This document shows positions 26,546 through 32,000 of a DNA stretch of 32,000 bases, piece by piece. The stretch spans positions 510,001 through 542,000 of the forward strand of contig NC_006512.1 in the NCBI RefSeq assembly GCF_000008465.1, written 5' to 3'. The DNA is from Idiomarina loihiensis L2TR (GTDB lineage: Bacteria > Pseudomonadota > Gammaproteobacteria > Enterobacterales > Alteromonadaceae). The translations under genes were made by a program, and so were the position numbers. Under the pieces are notes generated by a model. The model had not been told where the DNA came from. It searched no databases and worked only from the letters and a program-made list of their open reading frames with translations. Within the stretch, counting starts at the first letter, position 1, and each line of letters starts with the position of its first letter.

Positions 26546-26961
26546 TAGACGATATGGACGAACTGCACAGTAAACTGAGCATTCTGGGCGCCATTGATGT
26601 CGGTATTGTGGTTATTGATAACGACAACAACATTCAGATGTGGAACGAGTTTATGCAGAACCACAGTGGCCTGCGGCCTAGTGAAGTACGCGATAAAAAC
26701 TTATTTCGCTGCTGTCCGGGTATCGAAGAGGCTTGGTTTCAGCGTAAAATTGACCGGGTGCGGCAGTTAAATTCGCGGGTGTTTATTACCTGGCAACAGC
26801 GTCCTTACGTCTTTCGTTTTCGCCACAGCCGCCCAATAAGCGGGCAGAGTGAATGGATGTACCAGAATGTCACCTTAATTCCGCTGAAGAACCCGCGTGG
26901 TGAAGTGCACCAGGTGGGCATTATTATTTACGATGTGAGTGAACAACCCAGCCATGAGTGA
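26542..26961 (+). CDS. Small single-domain PAS protein
   Basis: ATG 26542 overlaps the upstream stop (ATGA). It has a PAS-like GIVVIDNDNNIQMWNEFMQNHSG ... and no output domain. Confidence 0.6.
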   Translation: MIDDMDELHSKLSILGAIDVGIVVIDNDNNIQMWNEFMQNHSGLRPSEVRDKNLFRCCPGIEEAWFQRKIDRVRQLNSRVFITWQQRPYVFRFRHSRPISGQSEWMYQNVTLIPLKNPRGEVHQVGIIIYDVSEQPSHE

Positions 26962-27745
26962 AGAAGTACCGGATCAACGTTTTGGCGGCGTAAGCCGTGT
27001 ATACGGACAAGCGTCGTTAACGCAGTTTCAGCAGTTACATATTGTGGTCGCCGGGCTTGGCGGCGTTGGCTCATGGGCGGTGGAAGCTCTGGCGCGTACA
27101 GGTATTGGTAAGCTAACGCTAATCGACCTGGACGATGTGTGTGTCACTAACATTAACCGACAGCTACCGGCTACCGATGACACCATAGGCCAGCTTAAGA
27201 GCGAAGTACTGGCGCAGCGGGTGAAAAGCATTAACCCTAACTGCGAAGTGCGGGTAATTGACGACTATTTGCTGCCGGAAAACTTTGAAGAGTACTTAAC
27301 CGGCGCCGATGCCGTGCTCGATGCCATAGACAGCGTTAATACTAAGTCTGCTTTGGTGGCTTGGTGCAAGCGTCGCAAGTTACGCATAGTGGTGTGCGGC
27401 GGAGCAGGTGGGCAGATAGACCCTGGTATGATCCGCGTCGGTGACCTTGCCAAAGCCAAACAAGACCCGTTGTTGGCTAAGGTACGCTCACAACTGCGCC
27501 GCGACTACGGCTTTTCCAAGAACCCCAAACGTAAATGGGGCGTTGACTGTGTCTATTCCGAAGAGCAGCTGCGCTATCCAATAATTTCCGGTGAGCAAGA
27601 AGGCGAAGTCACGCTGCAGAAGCCCGGTTCGGGCTCCATGCGCATGGACTGCAGCTCCGGCTTTGGCGCCGCCATGGTGGTCACTTGCAGCTTCGCCATG
27701 CAGGCCACGGCTATCCTACTGAAGCGGTTATCACACCTGACATAA
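26954..27745 (+). CDS. tcdA: tRNA threonylcarbamoyladenosine dehydratase TcdA (CsdL), E1-like
   Basis: RFGGVSRVYG, VAGLGGVGSWAVEALARTGIGKLTLIDLDDVCVTNINRQ, GGAGGQIDP, MDCSSGFGAA; collinear with E. coli TcdA. The start is ATG 26954, or possibly GTG 26939. The last codons and the TAA stop lie in a REP. Confidence 0.88.
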   Translation: MSEEVPDQRFGGVSRVYGQASLTQFQQLHIVVAGLGGVGSWAVEALARTGIGKLTLIDLDDVCVTNINRQLPATDDTIGQLKSEVLAQRVKSINPNCEVRVIDDYLLPENFEEYLTGADAVLDAIDSVNTKSALVAWCKRRKLRIVVCGGAGGQIDPGMIRVGDLAKAKQDPLLAKVRSQLRRDYGFSKNPKRKWGVDCVYSEEQLRYPIISGEQEGEVTLQKPGSGSMRMDCSSGFGAAMVVTCSFAMQATAILLKRLSHLT

Positions 27746-27905
27746 ATGTCAGGCTACGCAGGGCTTGTAGCCTGACGTTTACGTCAGGGACGATGTTGAA
27801 CACAACGTCGTCATCTAATTATTTGGGCAGTATTTTAAGTGGCTATATCTCACCTGACATAAATGTCAGGCTACAGGGTGCACGTAGCCTGATGTTTACA
27901 TCAGG
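27736..27905. repeat. REP cluster: single reverse unit (27736-27757), REPIN-like doublet F (27767-27874), single forward CCTGATG-variant unit (27884-27905)
   Basis: Read directly. The units match the REP consensus GTAGCCTGAC(A/G)TT(T/C)A(T/C)GTCAGG. Confidence 0.85.
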
Positions 27906-28272
27906 TGCGGTGTTGAACAACCCGCAGCTTCAAGGTTTTGGCTACCTGGTACAGGCCGTTGCTGCGCGAGGGGCTGAGCGCGTTGTCCAGGCCTTCGGCG
28001 CGGTAAAAGGCGTCAATATCAAAGGCCGCTATTTCCGCTACAGGGCATCCGTCCAGCCGTTGTTGCAAAAGCGCCAGTAAGCCGCGCACAATGCGTGACT
28101 CCGAATCAAAACGAATCACTACTGCCTCCACATCAGAGGTATCCAGCCACAGCCACACCTTCGCCTCGCAGCCACCCACCAGATGATCGTCATCACGACA
28201 TTCCGCCGGGTATTCTGGTAGACTTTTAGCTTGTTGAACTAAGTGACGAAAAAGCTGTTCCCAGCTGGCCAT
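27901..28272 (-). CDS. csdE: SufE/CsdE-family sulfur acceptor protein
   Basis: 123 aa with the active Cys context VGGCEAKVWLWL, plus SESRIVRGLLALL and SPSRSNGL, as in CsdE/SufE. It converges on tcdA. The stop TGA lies in a REP stem. Confidence 0.7.
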   Translation of the reverse strand: MASWEQLFRHLVQQAKSLPEYPAECRDDDHLVGGCEAKVWLWLDTSDVEAVVIRFDSESRIVRGLLALLQQRLDGCPVAEIAAFDIDAFYRAEGLDNALSPSRSNGLYQVAKTLKLRVVQHRT

Positions 28273-28396
28273 GTAAACTCTCCCTTACGGCAATAGAGTT
28301 TTATTCTCCCATAACTTGTGAGATCGACGCCAGTCTAGGATAATGGCAACATAATAAATACCAACATTCAGAACATTCCAGAAAAAGGAAGACAAC

Positions 28397-29146
28397 ATGA
28401 AGATACTTGTCGCGGTTAAGCGCGTCATTGACTACAACGTCAAGGTGCGTGTTAAACCAGATCAGTCCGATGTCGATTTGGCAAACGTCAAAATGGCACT
28501 TAACCCATTCTGTGAAATTGCGGTAGAAGAAGCCGTACGCTTGAAAGAAGCGGGCACTGCAGACGAAGTGGTTGTTGTTTCTATTGGCCCTAAAGCCGTG
28601 CAGGAACAGCTTCGTACCGCCTTAGCACTAGGTGCAGACCGTGCTATTCAGGTTGAAACCGACGACATGCCTGACTCTTTATCTGCCGCCAAAATCTTAA
28701 AAGGCGTAGTAGAGAAAGAAGGCCCCGACATGGTTATTCTGGGCAAACAGTCTATCGACTCAGACAACAACCAGACCGGCCAGATGCTGGGTGCTTTAAC
28801 CGGTATGCCACAGGGCACTTTCGCGTCTAAAGTGGAAGTGGGCGACGGTTTTGTTAATGTCACTCGTGAAATTGACGGCGGACTGCAAACCGTTAAGCTG
28901 ACTCTGCCAGCGGTTGTCACCACCGACCTGCGCCTGAACGAGCCGCGTTATGCGTCGTTGCCAAACATTATGAAAGCCAAGCGTAAGCCGCTGGAAACCA
29001 CAACTCCGGACGAACTGGGTGTGGAAGTTAAGCGCACTATTAAGCTACTGAAAGTTGAAACGCCTGCGGAACGTAGTGCCGGCGTGAAAGTAGCTGACGT
29101 AGATGAGCTGGTCGACAAACTGAAAAACGAGGCGAAAGTATTATGA
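28397..29146 (+). CDS. etfB: Electron transfer flavoprotein beta subunit
   Basis: 249 aa. [54 protein letters not shown]. Confidence 0.93.
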   Translation: MKILVAVKRVIDYNVKVRVKPDQSDVDLANVKMALNPFCEIAVEEAVRLKEAGTADEVVVVSIGPKAVQEQLRTALALGADRAIQVETDDMPDSLSAAKILKGVVEKEGPDMVILGKQSIDSDNNQTGQMLGALTGMPQGTFASKVEVGDGFVNVTREIDGGLQTVKLTLPAVVTTDLRLNEPRYASLPNIMKAKRKPLETTTPDELGVEVKRTIKLLKVETPAERSAGVKVADVDELVDKLKNEAKVL

Positions 29147-30072
29147 GCATCTTAGTGGTAGCAGAACACGACAATAACGCGGTTGATCCATCAACCCTGA
29201 AAACGTTAGCCGCTGCACAGAAAATCGGTGGCGACATCGAGGTACTGGTTGCCGGCAAAGGGTGCTCAACCGTTGCTGAAAACGTAGCAAAAGCAGACGG
29301 CGTGAAGAAGGTCTTCCTGGCAGACAATGAAGCTTACGAGCATCAGTTGGCGGAAAACATCAGCGAACTGGTAGCCGACTTAGGTAAAAACTACAGTCAC
29401 ATTCTGGCTCCGGCCACAACTACCGGCAAAAACTTCATGCCGCGCGTTGCTGCATTATTAGACGTAGCGCAGGTGTCTGACATTATCTCGGTAGAAAGCG
29501 ACGACACCTTTAAGCGTCCTATCTATGCGGGTAACGCTATTGCCACTGTGCAGTCAGAAGACAAAATCAAAGTCATTACCGTTCGTGCAACAGCGTTCGA
29601 CGCAGTCGCAGAAGAAGGTGGTAGCGGCGACGTCGAAAACATCGATTCTGTTTTTAACAACGACAAATCTGAGTTCGTTGAAGAACAACTGGCCGAATCT
29701 GAACGCCCTGACCTGACCTCAGCAGAAATTGTTATTTCTGGTGGTCGCGGTATGCAAAACGGCGAAAACTTCCATCTGCTCGAAGACGTTGCTGACAAAC
29801 TGGGCGCTGCCGTAGGTGCATCACGCGCTGCAGTAGACGCCGGTTTCGTACCTAACGACATGCAGGTTGGTCAAACCGGTAAAATTGTTGCACCGCAGCT
29901 TTATATTGCGGTAGGCATTAGTGGTGCTATCCAGCACTTAGCCGGTATGAAGGACTCTAAAGTCATTGTTGCCATCAACAAAGACGAAGAAGCACCTATC
30001 TTTCAGGTTGCAGACTACGGGTTAGTTGCCGACTTATTCGACGTACTACCGGAATTAAACAGCAAAATCTAA
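29143..30072 (+). CDS. etfA: Electron transfer flavoprotein alpha subunit
   Basis: 309 aa with an ATGA overlap with etfB. FAD-binding C-terminal block [46 protein letters not shown]. Confidence 0.93.
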   Translation: MSILVVAEHDNNAVDPSTLKTLAAAQKIGGDIEVLVAGKGCSTVAENVAKADGVKKVFLADNEAYEHQLAENISELVADLGKNYSHILAPATTTGKNFMPRVAALLDVAQVSDIISVESDDTFKRPIYAGNAIATVQSEDKIKVITVRATAFDAVAEEGGSGDVENIDSVFNNDKSEFVEEQLAESERPDLTSAEIVISGGRGMQNGENFHLLEDVADKLGAAVGASRAAVDAGFVPNDMQVGQTGKIVAPQLYIAVGISGAIQHLAGMKDSKVIVAINKDEEAPIFQVADYGLVADLFDVLPELNSKI

Positions 30073-30092
30073 CGCCTATAGAGCTGTTAAAA

Positions 30093-30128
30093 TCGCTACT
30101 GACGTGCAGTTTTAGCCGTCAGTAGCGA
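30093..30128 (+). terminator. Hairpin downstream of etfA (possible terminator)
   Basis: Perfect 12-bp stem tcgctactgacg / cgtcagtagcga with a 12-nt loop, 20 nt after the stop. There is no clear U-tract. The core ctgacg/cgtcag resembles a REP stem. Confidence 0.4.
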
Positions 30129-30253
30129 CATTTCCCCGCACTTTTTCTAACAACTTGTTATATTTTCGTGTTCATATACTTGCATATTTTTAACTCATCG
30201 GACATGATTCAGACATAACCGCCAAACAAGTTAAAAAGATTAGGTGGCTCACA

Positions 30254-32000
30254 ATGAAAAGAAGAACAACTATGCTAAAAAAACTTCCTCTGGCTACGGC
30301 CATTGCACTGAGCTTTGCAGCATCAGGCCAGGCAGCTGACTTTGAAGTCGGCGATTATGAAATTAAATTCGATTCTATTCTGTCTTACGGCGCAGCGTGG
30401 CGTATGGAAGATCAGGCTAACCATCTGATTCATCCGGGTAACATGGCTGGCGGAACGGCAGGTTCTAGTGTCGGCGACGACGGTAACCTTAACTTCGATA
30501 AAGGTGACTTAGTCTCATCGGTATTCAAAGGCGTACACGATTTAAGCATTGATGGCGGCAGTCATGGTGCCTTTATTCGTTTCAACTATTGGTACGATCA
30601 TGTGGTTTCAGAAGAAAATATGCCGCATGGTCACGCGGGTAACAATTATTATCCTGATACCAAATTAAATGACGATATCTTTGACGATTACTCACAAGGT
30701 AAAGGTATCGAGTTATTGGATGCCTTTGTTTACGCTAATTTCGACTTAGGCAGTATGCCAGCCAGCGTACGTTTGGGTCGTCAGGTATTAAGCTGGGGTG
30801 AAAGTACCTTTATTTTTAACGGCATTAACGACATTAACCCGTTAGACGTTAACGCGGCACGTCGCCCTGGTGCAGAAATTAAAGAAGCTTTGCTACCCGT
30901 AGGAATGTTCAGCACCAGCATTGGTTTAACCAACTCACTCAACTTAGAAGCGTTTTACCAGTACGAGTGGGATAACACCAAGCTGGACGGCTGTGGTACG
31001 TACTTCTCGAGTGTTGATATTATTGGTGGTTCAGGCTGTGGCAAAGTTACGCTTAACCCGCAATTAGTTCAGGGCGACCCTGACAGTTACCTAAGTGACT
31101 TTGAATCGGTACAGGCAGGTGCTTATATCGGCAGTAATCCAACCCTGGAAGCTTCTGACAGTGGTCAGTGGGGTGCAAACCTGCGTTATTATTCGTTAGA
31201 TCTTGGCGCTGAATTTGGCGTTTATTATCTTAACCTGCATAACAACACGCCTATTATTTCGGCTTATAACTGGATAGAAGATCCTCGAGCTAGTCAGCAA
31301 GGCGTATCGCCTCTGGATCTTGGTTTCACCTGGTCTTCTCCTAATGGCTACCCTATTGATGGCCCCCGGTTAGTACTCGAGTACCCTGAGGACACCGAAG
31401 TTTATGGCTTTAGCTTTAGTACTAACTTAGGCTTGTGGTCGGTTTCAGGTGAGTACAGCTACAGAGATGGCGTGCCTGTGCAAATTAACACCACCGAAAT
31501 TTTAACGACAGGTCTGCGTCCAAATGTGCCAAGTACTTTTTCAAACCGTTTTAATAACACCGCGTTTGGCGGTGACGGTTTAGCTCATGGTTATGACCGC
31601 TTAGATGTTAGCCAAACCCAGTTAAGCTTTGTGCGTTTCGTTGACCGTCTGTGGGGTTCTGATCGCATGACTTTCGTGGGCGAAGTGGCGATGAATAACG
31701 TTCACGACATGCCTGGGCTACAGGAACAACGTTATGGTCGTCTTCCATTGTATGGCAAGTGTTTAACTCAAGCAGATATGAGCCCGCTAATTGGAGCAGC
31801 GGAACAAGCTGGCCTTAGTGGTGTTGCTCAACAATTCCAAAGCCAGGTTGGAAACTGCGAAGGTTTTGCAACATCAACGGCTTGGGGTTACCGCACCCGT
31901 TTCCAGTTTGAATACTCAAACGTTTGGCAGGGCTGGGGTTTAAACCCAACTATTCAGTTTAACCATGACGTAAACGGCTACTCAACTAACAGTAACTTTA
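30254..32000 (+). CDS. DUF1302-family outer-membrane protein, partial (continues past the right window edge)
   Basis: Absent from the ORF track because no stop lies in the window. AGGTGG lies 6 nt upstream of the ATG. It has a signal peptide MKRRTTMLKKLPLATAIALSFAASGQA and the hallmark VRLGRQVLSWGESTFIFNGINDINPLDVNAARRPGAEIKEALLPVGM. I read the first ~690 nt in frame with no stop; the rest is inferred open only from the absence of competing tracked ORFs. Confidence 0.7.
   Translation, partial: MKRRTTMLKKLPLATAIALSFAASGQAADFEVGDYEIKFDSILSYGAAWRMEDQANHLIHPGNMAGGTAGSSVGDDGNLNFDKGDLVSSVFKGVHDLSIDGGSHGAFIRFNYWYDHVVSEENMPHGHAGNNYYPDTKLNDDIFDDYSQGKGIELLDAFVYANFDLGSMPASVRLGRQVLSWGESTFIFNGINDINPLDVNAARRPGAEIKEALLPVGMFSTSIGLTNSLNLEAFYQYEWDNTKLDGCGTYFSSVDIIGGSGCGKVTLNPQLVQGDPDSYLSDFESVQAGAYIGSNPTLEASDSGQWGANLRYYSLDLGAEFGVYYLNLHNNTPIISAYNWIEDPRASQQGVSPLDLGFTWSSPNGYPIDGPRLVLEYPEDTEVYGFSFSTNLGLWSVSGEYSYRDGVPVQINTTEILTTGLRPNVPSTFSNRFNNTAFGGDGLAHGYDRLDVSQTQLSFVRFVDRLWGSDRMTFVGEVAMNNVHDMPGLQEQRYGRLPLYGKCLTQADMSPLIGAAEQAGLSGVAQQFQSQVGNCEGFATSTAWGYRTRFQFEYSNVWQGWGLNPTIQFNHDVNGYSTNSNF

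Noticed and set aside
27685-28080. 131-aa plus-strand ORF spanning the tcdA/csdE intergenic region
   Set aside because: It is translated straight through four REP units (hence the repeated PDINVRL peptide). It then runs antisense to the csdE-like gene, so it is an artefact of the repeats.

Overview
This 32-kb window comes from a gammaproteobacterial chromosome. Gene content and synteny look Alteromonadales/Vibrionales-like, but the taxon cannot be proven from sequence alone.

I count about 34 protein-coding genes, mostly conserved housekeeping blocks:
- GNAT, ahcY and a PfkB kinase
- a CobD-like protein, a DUF2726 protein and folE2
- an Hpt protein, an ArcA-like regulator and a sensor kinase
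- rsmC
- a co-directional string of RimB-like protease, rimK, an AstE/AspA-family protein, Hpt and FapA (DUF342)
- a standalone EAL protein and mutH
- rppH, ptsP, TauE, lgt and thyA
- a CheY-CheC-like regulator, a PAS protein and tcdA
- a csdE-like gene, etfBA, and a partial DUF1302 outer-membrane protein

The unusual part is the accessory layer. It has three components:
- A family of 22-nt GTAG-headed REP hairpins: 15 units in 6 intergenic clusters between 14.1 and 27.9 kb, including three ~108-bp REPIN-like doublets.
- One RAYT (TnpA-REP) gene.
- Two unrelated IS110-family insertion sequences. Each sits exactly inside a REP unit, so deleting it in silico restores a perfect REP. Each also has a structured non-coding flank whose internal loops contain segments matching its own REP target. 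I read these as candidate REP-programmed bridge RNAs.

Other notable points:
- The ArcA-like gene is frameshifted in an A5 run.
- A perfect FNR-type box lies upstream of hpt.
- REPs supply stop codons for several genes.
- One IS sits between the rimB-rimK operon and a divergent EAL gene.

I saw no rRNA, tRNA, CRISPR array or recognisable defence island. All homology calls come from my own reading of the translated ORFs and recalled family motifs, not from database searches.
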